From assembly GCA_902802905.1 (NCBI GenBank), contig CADCNT010000017.1:186-64185 (forward strand): a stretch of 64,000 nucleotides of DNA. The letters run 5' to 3'. Origin of the DNA: an uncultured Erysipelotrichaceae bacterium (GTDB taxonomy: Bacteria > Bacillota_I > Bacilli_A > RFN20 > CAG-826). The position numbers were made by a program, and so were the translations under genes. Numbering within the stretch: the stretch's first letter is position 1; each line of letters starts with the position of its first letter. The notes under the pieces are model-generated. The model saw only the letters and a program-made list of their open reading frames with translations, ran no database searches and was not told the DNA's origin. Below, in pieces: positions 1-8,962 of the stretch.

Positions 1-18
1 CAACTGAGCTACCAGGCC
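1..18 (-). tRNA. partial tRNA (5' part only, cut by window edge); identity undetermined (Phe-like acceptor/D-arm)
   Basis: Reverse complement reads GGCCTGG-TA-GCTCAGTTG, i.e. a 7-nt acceptor strand, U8-A9 and the D-arm start. It lies 17 nt downstream of tRNA-Asp on the same strand. Confidence 0.6.
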
Positions 19-35
19 GCCATTTATAAAAAAGT

Positions 36-111
36 TGGCGGACCAGACGGGAATCGAACCCGCGATCTTCTCCGTGACAGGGAGACATGTTAACCGCTAC
101 ACCACTGGTCC
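36..111 (-). tRNA. tRNA-Asp (anticodon GTC)
   Basis: The reverse complement folds as a cloverleaf. Acceptor GGACCAG/CTGGTCC, anticodon arm TCTCC-CTGTCAC-GGAGA (GTC), T-loop GGTTCGATTCC, encoded CCA. Length 76 nt. Confidence 0.9.
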
Positions 112-198
112 AACGCTCATTTATTATCATAGAAGAAGAAAAATAAATCAAGCAAATTCTTATTTTTTTGTGATTACGAATAATATATTTATATATTA

Positions 199-221
199 GA
201 AAACCCTACTATTAAGTAGGG
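199..221 (-). terminator. rho-independent terminator after membrane-protein gene
   Basis: Hairpin CCCTACT-atta-AGTAGGG (204-221), followed on the minus strand by a TTTTC run. Confidence 0.6.
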
Positions 222-232
222 CTTCAATTTTA

Positions 233-1483
233 TTAGTCTTTTTTCTTAAGATTATTCACATTACCAGCATCAATATCTGTCATATCACTTTCTTTTGTGG
301 ATAAGATTTCATTTTCTTCTGGTTCTATTGCTATTTTAAGAAAGCTGGAATTAATATCTTCAATTTTTTTAGGTGCTGATGTAGTTGATTGTGGTTTAGG
401 TGTTGGTTTATCTTTATCACCACTATAAGAATGCTCGGCTTTTTTAGATATACATTTATGGATGATGGAAAGAACTAAGCAAACCCCTCCAGTAGCGACA
501 ATCGCCATTAAGTAGATTGAATAATTAAATACTGCAGGAGCCCATAATTTAGTAAAGAAAATCATGAATAACATTAATCCACCACCAGTAAATACTGTTG
601 CTAATATAGATCTCACAATTAAAGAGATTCCTACATCTCTTGGTTCATCTTCATCTTTTCTCACTACTACTTCAAAAGCAGCAAGGATGAGTTTAGAGAA
701 TGTAGAAGCGCCCGCAAATAACAAAGTTAATCCAAGCAAAGCCATACTACCATTAAGAATAATTTCTGCAGCCGCAGTAGAACTACTAGCAGCAATTAAT
801 GGTTGGAATGTATAGGAAATAGCATTAAACATATTATATGTTCTACCTGCTGCCACAAAGATAACAGCGTAGAACGCAACACTTACTAGAAGCGATAAAA
901 AGCTAATAATCACCTTAAAAACTCTAGAAGCGACACTCTTATTGTCATCAGTGGAGATTCTTATAATCGCGCATATCAAAAATAAAGCGAACGCACATCC
1001 TAACATCGCAATTGAGCCATAGCCAATTGTTAAAGCTTGGACTTCATTTGAAGTGTGCCAAATCGCTAATAAAAATGCGACGTAAGAAACTACAGATGTA
1101 ACAAATTGTAAAATACTTTTAACTAAACTTGTGCCATTGTCTTTACCTGCTAAACCTTGGATGGTTTTAACTAGGATGATAATAAAATTTACAAAGCAAA
1201 TTATGCCAGTAACAGCGAGAACAACAAAAAAGCCGGCGTTTGGAACAAATCCATTAATAATCTCATCAATTGTTGGATTAGGAATTCCGCCTGTAAACAT
1301 CGCTTTTAAATATTCATAAGCTGTCATCACTAATGTTTCAGTTGTTATTTCACCAGTAATTCCAGCTGCGGTAATAGTCATTAGCTGAGGCAAGACAAAA
1401 GTAGCAAATGTACCAAGTACAAAAATAAGGATTAAAATGCTGGAAATAATATTAAATGCTTTACTTCTATATCTAAGGTCCAT
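233..1483 (-). CDS. polytopic integral membrane protein, unknown function, with hydrophilic Lys/Pro/Ser-rich C-terminal tail
   Basis: 416-aa ORF with many hydrophobic helices. I recognise no catalytic motif. Confidence 0.6.
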   Translation of the reverse strand: MDLRYRSKAFNIISSILILIFVLGTFATFVLPQLMTITAAGITGEITTETLVMTAYEYLKAMFTGGIPNPTIDEIINGFVPNAGFFVVLAVTGIICFVNFIIILVKTIQGLAGKDNGTSLVKSILQFVTSVVSYVAFLLAIWHTSNEVQALTIGYGSIAMLGCAFALFLICAIIRISTDDNKSVASRVFKVIISFLSLLVSVAFYAVIFVAAGRTYNMFNAISYTFQPLIAASSSTAAAEIILNGSMALLGLTLLFAGASTFSKLILAAFEVVVRKDEDEPRDVGISLIVRSILATVFTGGGLMLFMIFFTKLWAPAVFNYSIYLMAIVATGGVCLVLSIIHKCISKKAEHSYSGDKDKPTPKPQSTTSAPKKIEDINSSFLKIAIEPEENEILSTKESDMTDIDAGNVNNLKKKD

Positions 1484-1494
1484 ATTGTTACTCC

Positions 1495-2196
1495 TTATTT
1501 AGCAAGAATATCTTTGACAATTTCACTAGCAATATAAATGCCCATTGTGGATGGCACAAAGGCGCTGCTAGCAGGAGAATGTCTTCCGTTCTTATTATCA
1601 ATGATAACATTTTTGCTATCTTCTAGAGAATACACTACTTTTAATGAATCTACATTTTTCTTTCTTAGTTCATGTCTTAGTGTTTTTGCAAGAGGATCAT
1701 TGCTTGTCTTATATAAATCAGTAATTACAAGTTTTGTAGGGTCTAACCTATTACCGGCGCCCAAGGCGGAAATAACAGGGATATCATTTTCTTTAGCTTT
1801 CACTATAATTGCGATTTTAGTTGTAACTGTATCAATGCAGTCAACTACATAATCGTACTCTTTAAAGTTAATTTCCTCTAAGTTTTCTGGAAGGATAAAT
1901 TTATTAATTGAGCGGACTTCCGCAGCGTTATTGATAGAAATAATACGTTTTTTCATTACTTCTGTCTTATATTCGCCAATAGTGTCATTAGTGGCAATAA
2001 TTTGACGGTTGATATTAGTTTCATCAACCTTATCAGCGTCCACTAAAGTAAAACGTGAGACTCCGCTTCTAGCAAGTGTTTCCACAACTTGACCACCAAC
2101 TCCGCCTAAGCCAAAAATTAAAATATTGGAGTGAGATAACTTAGCAAAATTATCTTCCCCAATTAAAGCAATATATCTAGAAAATTGATTATTCAT
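1495..2196 (-). CDS. tcdA: tRNA threonylcarbamoyladenosine dehydratase (ThiF/MoeB/HesA E1-like family)
   Basis: N-terminal Rossmann motif ILIFGLGGVGG, acidic DxD after strand 2 (LVDAD), and the size and layout typical of TcdA/CsdL. Confidence 0.75.
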   Translation of the reverse strand: MNNQFSRYIALIGEDNFAKLSHSNILIFGLGGVGGQVVETLARSGVSRFTLVDADKVDETNINRQIIATNDTIGEYKTEVMKKRIISINNAAEVRSINKFILPENLEEINFKEYDYVVDCIDTVTTKIAIIVKAKENDIPVISALGAGNRLDPTKLVITDLYKTSNDPLAKTLRHELRKKNVDSLKVVYSLEDSKNVIIDNKNGRHSPASSAFVPSTMGIYIASEIVKDILAK

Positions 2197-2199
2197 AAA

Positions 2200-3351
2200 T
2201 TAGACAGTTAAATCTCCGTCTTTAATCCAATTAAGTTTCCTAAATAATAAATCAATGCCAAACACTAATATAGCAGGAAGGATGATTTGTAAACCAAAAA
2301 TGCCAACCCAGGTTTGCCAAGCTGTAACTCCCATAGAATCAATGGTGCCAATTTGTCCCACTAATCCAGCGGTACCCATACCAGCACTACTACCTAAACA
2401 TGATAACTTGAGCCAGCAAGTAGAAACAGGTCCTAATATTGCTGAAGCAATAATTGTAGGTAACCAAATAACTGGTTTCTTTAAGATATTTTTAAATTGA
2501 AGCATGGAGGTACCAATGCCAATAGAGATTACTGTGCCAATGGAATTATCTTTTCTAGATTGAATAGCAAATCCCACCATTTGACATGAACAACCAACAA
2601 CTGCAGCACCACTAGCAAGAATTAAACCTTGATAATCAGCCACATTAGCTCCTGTCGGAATAATAAAGACCATTGCAGCAATAGCAGCACTACTAATAGG
2701 AGCGGTAAGTGCCATGCCCATTAATACCGCAACAATAATGCCCATCACAAATGGAACAACTGTGGTTCCGGCATTAACTAACCATTGAATGCCATATGTA
2801 ACACAGATAGCAGGATATCTAATGCCTAAAGATAGTAAAACACCAGTGGCAACACCAAATAATGGAACGATTAAAATATCGACTGGAGTTTTCTTTCTTA
2901 ACACTAATTGCATTAACAATGCAACCGAGATACAAACTAGATAGATAGTTAAAGGATCGCCAATTTGGAATTTAAACGCTAAATGGTCAATAACAGCGTT
3001 AGGATTAAAGATGGTTGTGCTTAAAGAAGTACATGCAGCAATTTGACCGACTGCGGCAAGGACAATTGTTTTTAAAGGACCAAATTTTAAAGAAATAGCA
3101 ATACCCACTCCAATACCAGCACCTGTAATACACTGCAATATTGTTGATATGCCTATCCAGTTATTAGTGTCGGTTTTATGTCCATTGAACAAATGGAGCA
3201 TGAATTCACAGAACTTGCTAGTTTCTGCACCATAGCCAAATAGTTTTCCAATTGTGGCAAATATGGTACCTACAATTAAAGTAGCGAATAATCCATACGC
3301 CATCCCGTTAAGGGTTTTCATAAAAAAGTTTAAAACTGGTTTTTCTTTCAT
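2200..3351 (-). CDS. PTS EIIC-like / PfoR-type (COG3641-like) membrane protein
   Basis: 383-aa Gly-rich polytopic protein. The N-terminus MKTLNGMAYGLFATLIVGTIF resembles the PfoR/EIIC-like family. The assignment is from memory of that family. Confidence 0.45.
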   Translation of the reverse strand: MKEKPVLNFFMKTLNGMAYGLFATLIVGTIFATIGKLFGYGAETSKFCEFMLHLFNGHKTDTNNWIGISTILQCITGAGIGVGIAISLKFGPLKTIVLAAVGQIAACTSLSTTIFNPNAVIDHLAFKFQIGDPLTIYLVCISVALLMQLVLRKKTPVDILIVPLFGVATGVLLSLGIRYPAICVTYGIQWLVNAGTTVVPFVMGIIVAVLMGMALTAPISSAAIAAMVFIIPTGANVADYQGLILASGAAVVGCSCQMVGFAIQSRKDNSIGTVISIGIGTSMLQFKNILKKPVIWLPTIIASAILGPVSTCWLKLSCLGSSAGMGTAGLVGQIGTIDSMGVTAWQTWVGIFGLQIILPAILVFGIDLLFRKLNWIKDGDLTV

Positions 3352-3438
3352 ATCGTTATAATTATAAGAATTATAGTTTAAAATTCAAATAAAAAACCTC
3401 TACCTTATGCAGAGGCTTGAATTCATTTACTTTGAAGC

Positions 3439-3663
3439 TTAGTTTCTAGCAATGATGAATCTGTTATGGAAATTGCAAACATATTCAACACAATGTTTGT
3501 TATCATTAACAGGGTATTCATCTTGGACTTGTAAACTATAGAGAGCATGGTCCTCATAGTACTGAAACATATAGTTGATAGCTTCATTACGTGAGGCAAA
3601 CATTGACCTTTTAAGTTTAACAGGTCTACCTTGAACAATGGCTTCAAGGGTATAGTATTTCAT
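3439..3663 (-). CDS. small hypothetical protein (74 aa)
   Basis: ORF preceded by SD AGAGAGG about 9 nt upstream and by its own promoter. The overlapping alternative ORF 3423-3647 lacks an SD. Confidence 0.5.
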   Translation of the reverse strand: MKYYTLEAIVQGRPVKLKRSMFASRNEAINYMFQYYEDHALYSLQVQDEYPVNDNKHCVEYVCNFHNRFIIARN

Positions 3664-3741
3664 TTGTGTTACCTCTCTTTCTATTGCCTTTTAACGTCTT
3701 GCTTAGGACGGTGAATGAGGTATCACCAATGAAGAATACAT

Positions 3742-3769
3742 ATTGTAGTCTCTTTTTTAACAAAGTCAA
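3742..3769 (-). promoter_or_regulatory. sigma70-type promoter for the 74-aa ORF
   Basis: On the minus strand: TTGACT (3769-3764), 16-nt spacer, TACAAT (3747-3742). This predicts a leader of about 80 nt. Confidence 0.45.
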
Positions 3770-3787
3770 TAGATCGATAAAAATATT

Positions 3788-3807
3788 TTATCTACATAAG
3801 TAGATAA
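3788..3807. repeat. perfect 8-4-8 palindrome TTATCTAC-ATAA-GTAGATAA
   Basis: Read directly from the sequence. It lies about 20 nt upstream of the -35 of the 74-aa ORF promoter and downstream of the acyltransferase gene. Confidence 0.6.
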
Positions 3808-3854
3808 CTTTAATTTTTTTCTAAAAATCGTATTTTTTTATATCTTTTTTTAAT

Positions 3855-3878
3855 CAAAAAAAGCTCTTACCAAGAGCC
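3855..3878 (-). terminator. rho-independent terminator overlapping the acyltransferase stop codon
   Basis: Minus strand: GCTCTTGGTAAGAGC hairpin followed by TTTTTTT. Confidence 0.7.
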
Positions 3879-4745
3879 TTTATATCCAACACCATATTCT
3901 TTGGTGTAATAATCTATGCGTTTTGAGTTGTTATAAATCGGTGGATATATATTATCTTTAGGATTGATGCCCGCAAGCTCACATACACGAGCGTGTACAC
4001 GTTTAGTAAGATCTTCTTCTCTAGCGGTCATGTTTAATATTTCTTTATTAGGATAGATTGGTTCACCAATATTGATGGTGATTTTTGCAGGTTGCTTAAA
4101 AATCTTTTTTCTTATCCATGATGGCTTACGATAAGAATAGCCAATTGGAATTACTGGCTTATCAAATTGCGCCGCAAAGAAACATGCTCCTCTTTTAAAA
4201 GGTCTAATCGGAGCGTAATATTCCCACATACTTCCTTCCGCATATATTTGTAACCAACCATGGTCTTCTTTTAAAAGCTTTTCTACAGCTTTAAAATAAG
4301 TCATTGTGGCGCGATAGTTATTTTCCGGAATTGGAATACCGCCACTCATTCTAATTAGTTTTCCATTTTCTCCATTGATATTAGGTGCCCATACAAGAAC
4401 ATAAGGATGATAAGGTAAGACCACACTCATAAGAGTCATATAATCCCACATATGGACATGGTTAGAAACACTAACGACACCTTGTTTAATGACATCTTTA
4501 TAAATCTTTAGGTTTTTTCTTCCTTTTATTTTTAATCCAATTCTGATCCAATCAATCGGATAGGCAATAATAAAAGAAAAGAAGCGGAACCAGAATCTTT
4601 TAAACTTAAAAGACTTAGAGTTATCAACATAAGGATATTTATCATCAAAGATGATGCCTCTATTCTTTTTGACATGAAGATAATGAGAACCAGTATCTTC
4701 TGGATAAGGGAACTTATTAGTTTTTGGATCAAAATACATACACAA
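3867..4745 (-). CDS. lysophospholipid (1-acyl-sn-glycerol-3-phosphate) acyltransferase family protein
   Basis: HX4D acyltransferase motif (NHVHMWD) and a downstream EGS motif (YAEGSMWE). The start may be the Met 2 codons downstream (4739). Confidence 0.7.
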   Translation of the reverse strand: MCMYFDPKTNKFPYPEDTGSHYLHVKKNRGIIFDDKYPYVDNSKSFKFKRFWFRFFSFIIAYPIDWIRIGLKIKGRKNLKIYKDVIKQGVVSVSNHVHMWDYMTLMSVVLPYHPYVLVWAPNINGENGKLIRMSGGIPIPENNYRATMTYFKAVEKLLKEDHGWLQIYAEGSMWEYYAPIRPFKRGACFFAAQFDKPVIPIGYSYRKPSWIRKKIFKQPAKITINIGEPIYPNKEILNMTAREEDLTKRVHARVCELAGINPKDNIYPPIYNNSKRIDYYTKEYGVGYKGSW

Positions 4746-4785
4746 AAATTATGCCACAAAGGAGTAGTTTTAGAAAGAACTAAAA

Positions 4786-5535
4786 GTGATGTATAATTTT
4801 ATTAAGATGGATATTGAAATTGAAAGATTACAACATTTAATTGAATCCGCTTCCAAAATTGTCTTTTTTGGTGGAGCAGGTGTTTCCACTGAAAGTGGGA
4901 TTAAAGATTTTAGAAGTAAAGATGGATTATATAGACTACATTCTAAATATGGTAGACCATATGAAGAAATGTTATCTCATGACTACTTTATGTCACACAC
5001 CGATACATTCTATGAATTCTATAGGGAGTTCATGATTAATAAAAGCGCTAAGCCTAACGCTGCTCATAAGTTTTTAGCAGAGTTAGAAAAGAAAAAGAAT
5101 TTAGTGGTCATTACCCAAAACATTGACGGCCTCCACCAAATGGCGGGATCTAAAAATGTTTTAGAATTACATGGTTCTATTCACCGTAACTACTGTATGA
5201 GATGTCATGAATTCTTTGATTTAGATTTCATTGAATATGCTGAAGGAGTTCCTACTTGCCCACATTGTGGAGGAGTAGTTAAACCAGATGTTGTTTTATA
5301 TCAAGAAGGATTAGATTCCGCAGTTTTAGATGCATCTATCAGAGCGTTGTCTCAAGCCGATTTACTAATAGTTGCCGGAACTTCTTTATCCGTATATCCT
5401 GCTAGTGGATTAATAAGGTATTATGGCGGAGAAAATATCGTTGTCATCAACAAAGATAAACTCGATATTCACTTTGGAAATCTATTAGAAATTAATAAAC
5501 CTGTTGGAGAAGTATTTTCTCAAATCAAAATTTAA
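4786..5535 (+). CDS. cobB: NAD-dependent protein deacylase, Sir2 family
   Basis: GAGVSTESGIKDFRS NAD-binding motif, QNIDGLH, catalytic HG, and a CxxC...CxxC zinc module (CMRC...CPHCGG). The true start is probably the ATG at 4789. Confidence 0.9.
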   Translation: MMYNFIKMDIEIERLQHLIESASKIVFFGGAGVSTESGIKDFRSKDGLYRLHSKYGRPYEEMLSHDYFMSHTDTFYEFYREFMINKSAKPNAAHKFLAELEKKKNLVVITQNIDGLHQMAGSKNVLELHGSIHRNYCMRCHEFFDLDFIEYAEGVPTCPHCGGVVKPDVVLYQEGLDSAVLDASIRALSQADLLIVAGTSLSVYPASGLIRYYGGENIVVINKDKLDIHFGNLLEINKPVGEVFSQIKI

Positions 5536-5550
5536 GGTAAAATATCTCTA

Positions 5551-6792
5551 ATGTTTGATAAGTATCCTCGATACAATATGATGAAAAACCCTAACCGTCC
5601 AAAGTTAAGGTTTTTAAGTTATTTACTCGCGTTACCAGATGTTAAGAAACATAAATTGAAGGTAACTAAAACAAATATGAAAGGTATTAAACCTCCATAT
5701 ATTCTTTTAGCTAACCACAATGCTTTCTTAGATATTAACGTGATGTCCTATGTGACATTCCCTCAACTACTTAACTATGTCATCGCTATCGATGGATTTA
5801 TCGGAAGAGAAAAACTATTAAGACATATCGGGGGAGTTTGTAAAAGAAAGTTCACCACCGATGCTTATTTAGTGAGACAAATTAAATATTGTTTAGACCA
5901 TAAACGCGTGATGGCGATCTTTCCAGAAGCTCGTTATTCTCTTTGTGGCACTACAGCAATCATTCCTAGTTCCTTATCTAGACTTTGCACATATATGAAA
6001 GTCCCTGTAGTGATGCTTAGAATGCACGGACACCACATCAATTCTCCTTTCTGGAATTTAACAGATAGGAAGGTTAAAGGTGTAGAAGCTGAATTATTCC
6101 CGATTATCGCTAAAGATGAAGTTGGAACTTTATCTGCTGAAGAAGTTAATAATAGAATTCAAGAAGCCTTCAAATATGATGAATATACTTGGCAAAAAGA
6201 AAGAAACATCCAAGTCACATATGAAGGAAGAGCAGAGGGCCTGCATAAAGTTTTATATAAATGTCCACACTGCGGTAAAGAATATCGCATGAACTCTAAA
6301 GGCATATTTCTTTACTGTGAAGAATGCGGTAAGAAATGGGAATACACCACTTTAGGTGAGCTAAAAGCGACTGAAGGCGAAACTGAATTCTCTCACATTC
6401 CTGATTGGTATGAATGGGAAAGAGATGAGGTTAAAAAAGAAGTGGAAGCTGGCACTTATAAATTTGAAGGTGAAGTCCATGTCAGCATGCTTCCTAACTG
6501 TAAGAAATTTATCCCAATTAGTAACGGTTATTTAGTGCACGATATGAATGGATTTAAACTCACCGGAAAATTTGAAGGCGAGAAATATGAAGTAGTTATT
6601 CCTGCAACATCCACATATGGAGTTCATATTGAATATGAATATTTAGGTAAATACGGAGACTGTGTTGATCTTAATACACTTGATAATACATACTACACAT
6701 ATCCGCACGGAAGAGACTTTGCGGTCACAAAATTCTCATTAGCGGCAGAAGAATTATTCAAATACTATCAAAAGAAAAGAGAAGCGAAATAG
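5551..6792 (+). CDS. acyltransferase (PlsC-like) with C-terminal zinc-ribbon-containing extension
   Basis: HX4D motif (NHNAFLD), FPEARYS motif, then CPHCG...CEECG zinc ribbon and a further domain of about 150 aa. Confidence 0.6.
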   Translation: MFDKYPRYNMMKNPNRPKLRFLSYLLALPDVKKHKLKVTKTNMKGIKPPYILLANHNAFLDINVMSYVTFPQLLNYVIAIDGFIGREKLLRHIGGVCKRKFTTDAYLVRQIKYCLDHKRVMAIFPEARYSLCGTTAIIPSSLSRLCTYMKVPVVMLRMHGHHINSPFWNLTDRKVKGVEAELFPIIAKDEVGTLSAEEVNNRIQEAFKYDEYTWQKERNIQVTYEGRAEGLHKVLYKCPHCGKEYRMNSKGIFLYCEECGKKWEYTTLGELKATEGETEFSHIPDWYEWERDEVKKEVEAGTYKFEGEVHVSMLPNCKKFIPISNGYLVHDMNGFKLTGKFEGEKYEVVIPATSTYGVHIEYEYLGKYGDCVDLNTLDNTYYTYPHGRDFAVTKFSLAAEELFKYYQKKREAK

Positions 6793-6819
6793 TTGCTTCT
6801 CTATTTAATAACATAGTTA

Positions 6820-7746
6820 TTATCCTTTGCGATATTCCTCGATTGGATTAGGAATATTGTATTTTTCTAATAGAGCTTTTTGTCTATCAAAATATTTATT
6901 AAACTTTTTGAAATATCCTTTTGTGTTGTGGTTGATATACTCTGGTTCCACTTCTTTATTTTTCACTAAGGAATCAAATAGGAACGGCTTATTAACTTTC
7001 CATGGATTCATAAAGCCATATCGGAAGGCATCAGTTGGACAATACATCGCACAGCGCATACACATCGCACACTTAGTGGCCTTCAATCTGATATTGCCTT
7101 TTTTGTTGATATATACCGCTCCACAAGGGCATTCTTTGATACATCGATGACAATCTATACATTTCTTTTTATTGACGCTGACAAATAAGCAGTTAAGTTT
7201 AGGAGCAATCCATTCAATTCTAAGTAAGAATGATAAGACCACATGCCAAGGAGCGTACCATAACTTCTCTGGTTCATTATTTTCCATTTCTAGTACATAC
7301 ACTTTAGTTAAAGCATCTAGATATAAATACATTTGCTTTGCGATGGAGTCTTTATATCTAAACATGATGTTATATGGCATTAAGAAATGCTTTTCAGCGT
7401 ATAACTCAAAGTTTCTTCTTTTGAGTTTTAAATAGATATGATAGCTGGATGCATTATTAAAGCAGAATGGTTCTCCAGATACTTTGAAGATAAAGTATTT
7501 TTTCTTCTCTTTAAGTTTAGGAAGCTTTTTGATGAATCTACAGAAAGCTTCAGGAACATTAAAAGCGTGAATTGGATAGCCAAATCCCACTAGATCATAT
7601 TCATTAATGTCATAGTTAAAGGGAACATCATGATGGTAGATATAATAATCTACTTGATGCCCTAACTCTTCATAATGCTTTTTAATAAACTTACCACATA
7701 ATGTGGTATGTCCACTTCCAGAAAAGGAAATTAATAAGATTTTCAT
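6820..7746 (-). CDS. flavodoxin-like / 2x[4Fe-4S] ferredoxin fusion (EFR1-family ferredoxin)
   Basis: N-terminal flavodoxin-like MKILLISFSGSGHT. Two ferredoxin cysteine clusters: CIDCHRCIKECP and CAMCMRCAMYCP. Confidence 0.7.
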   Translation of the reverse strand: MKILLISFSGSGHTTLCGKFIKKHYEELGHQVDYYIYHHDVPFNYDINEYDLVGFGYPIHAFNVPEAFCRFIKKLPKLKEKKKYFIFKVSGEPFCFNNASSYHIYLKLKRRNFELYAEKHFLMPYNIMFRYKDSIAKQMYLYLDALTKVYVLEMENNEPEKLWYAPWHVVLSFLLRIEWIAPKLNCLFVSVNKKKCIDCHRCIKECPCGAVYINKKGNIRLKATKCAMCMRCAMYCPTDAFRYGFMNPWKVNKPFLFDSLVKNKEVEPEYINHNTKGYFKKFNKYFDRQKALLEKYNIPNPIEEYRKG

Positions 7747-8852
7747 TAGTCAACTGGATCTGGAATTTTATGTCCAAAGTATTTAATTTCTTCTTCTTCG
7801 CTTAAGTCGCCTCTCATACCTAAGAGTTCGACTTCGCCTTTATAAGAGGCTACTGACACTTTGACTGAATCAAAGATAGCGGCTTTAATATCATCTTCTT
7901 GTACACCCAAAGCCTTTGTTTGGGTGTTATCGATAAATAAGTTAACATTCATAATGGCTGGTAAATATTTGACATCTAAGCCACTTTCAATGCCTTTTCT
8001 TTTATATTCTTTGATGGTTTTACCTAAGCCCATTTTCATCATCCAGGCAGGTACACCGACGATTTTTCTATTTGGACCCATTCCACGCGCATCATAAACG
8101 ATCTTGAGGAATTCTTTCCAAGTTAAGTTATACATACCGATTGGCCAAGCATGGAATCCTTTATATTCGTTTCCAAGTTTTTCCGCAGCGCCCGCAATAG
8201 TTTCTGCCACTTGTCTCACGGTTAACATTGCAGTACCACCTTTTGGATACATAGTAAAACTAAGTTTATCCATAGAGGAGATTTGTTCAATTAAGATAGT
8301 CCACACTGGTTTAATACCTTCCAAGGTACCAAAGATATATGGGAGTTCAAGAACACAAGCATCGAAATTTTCATCACACATGGATTTCACAACTTCTTCT
8401 TGATGGACTCTGGCTCTAATATAAGGGTTTCTTTCAAGTAGGCCTTTAGGCATTTTCTTACTTAATGGATATTCTTCTCTATTAAGCATGGAGAAATAGG
8501 AACCTAACACCACTGCTTTTTTCACACCAACTTTTTTGGCGATTGGTAAGATTCGTTTAAGTGGTTTGATATTGAATTTTTCATACCAGTCATAAACTGG
8601 ATGAGGTCTTTCATCTCTTTCATCAATTCCACTAGCAAAGATAAAACAGTCGCAGCCTTTGAGCATCTCTTCTAACTCTTTAGTAGATTTTTTATTTATG
8701 TCATAAAGTTCTAAATCCATTTCTTTTGGAAGTGGGCATCCTGTAGGAATTGGAGGTAAGGCAATAGCCTTCACTTCATGACCTCTTTTAATTAATTCTT
8801 TGGCAGCGTTACATCCAAGTAAACCAGTGCCACCAACTAAAAATACTTTCAT
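7746..8852 (-). CDS. NAD(P)-dependent epimerase/dehydratase (extended SDR) family protein
   Basis: N-terminal VGGTGLLG Rossmann motif. The stop overlaps the start of the downstream ferredoxin gene by 1 nt. Confidence 0.7.
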   Translation of the reverse strand: MKVFLVGGTGLLGCNAAKELIKRGHEVKAIALPPIPTGCPLPKEMDLELYDINKKSTKELEEMLKGCDCFIFASGIDERDERPHPVYDWYEKFNIKPLKRILPIAKKVGVKKAVVLGSYFSMLNREEYPLSKKMPKGLLERNPYIRARVHQEEVVKSMCDENFDACVLELPYIFGTLEGIKPVWTILIEQISSMDKLSFTMYPKGGTAMLTVRQVAETIAGAAEKLGNEYKGFHAWPIGMYNLTWKEFLKIVYDARGMGPNRKIVGVPAWMMKMGLGKTIKEYKRKGIESGLDVKYLPAIMNVNLFIDNTQTKALGVQEDDIKAAIFDSVKVSVASYKGEVELLGMRGDLSEEEEIKYFGHKIPDPVD

Positions 8853-8911
8853 AATTACTTATCCTTTGTTCTTTAAAAACAAAGTTAGCACATTATATTT
8901 ATATAAAGCAA

Positions 8912-8950
8912 GAAAAAGAGTGTTTGCATTATCGCAATCTCTCTTTTTTA
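8912..8950. terminator. terminator downstream of glmS
   Basis: Imperfect hairpin AGAGTGTTTGC-attatc-GCAATCTCTCT, flanked by an A-run and a T-run. Confidence 0.55.
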
Positions 8951-8962
8951 AATGTTTGTATC

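Noticed and set aside
564-1319. Plus-strand ORFs 564-815 and 1131-1319, and similar antisense ORFs across the window (for example 1538-1852, 2255-2500, 7172-7435, 8104-8403, 22013-22384, 57972-58394).
   Set aside because: Each is nested antisense within a longer ORF that has clear family motifs or a membrane-protein character. None has an SD or a recognisable motif.
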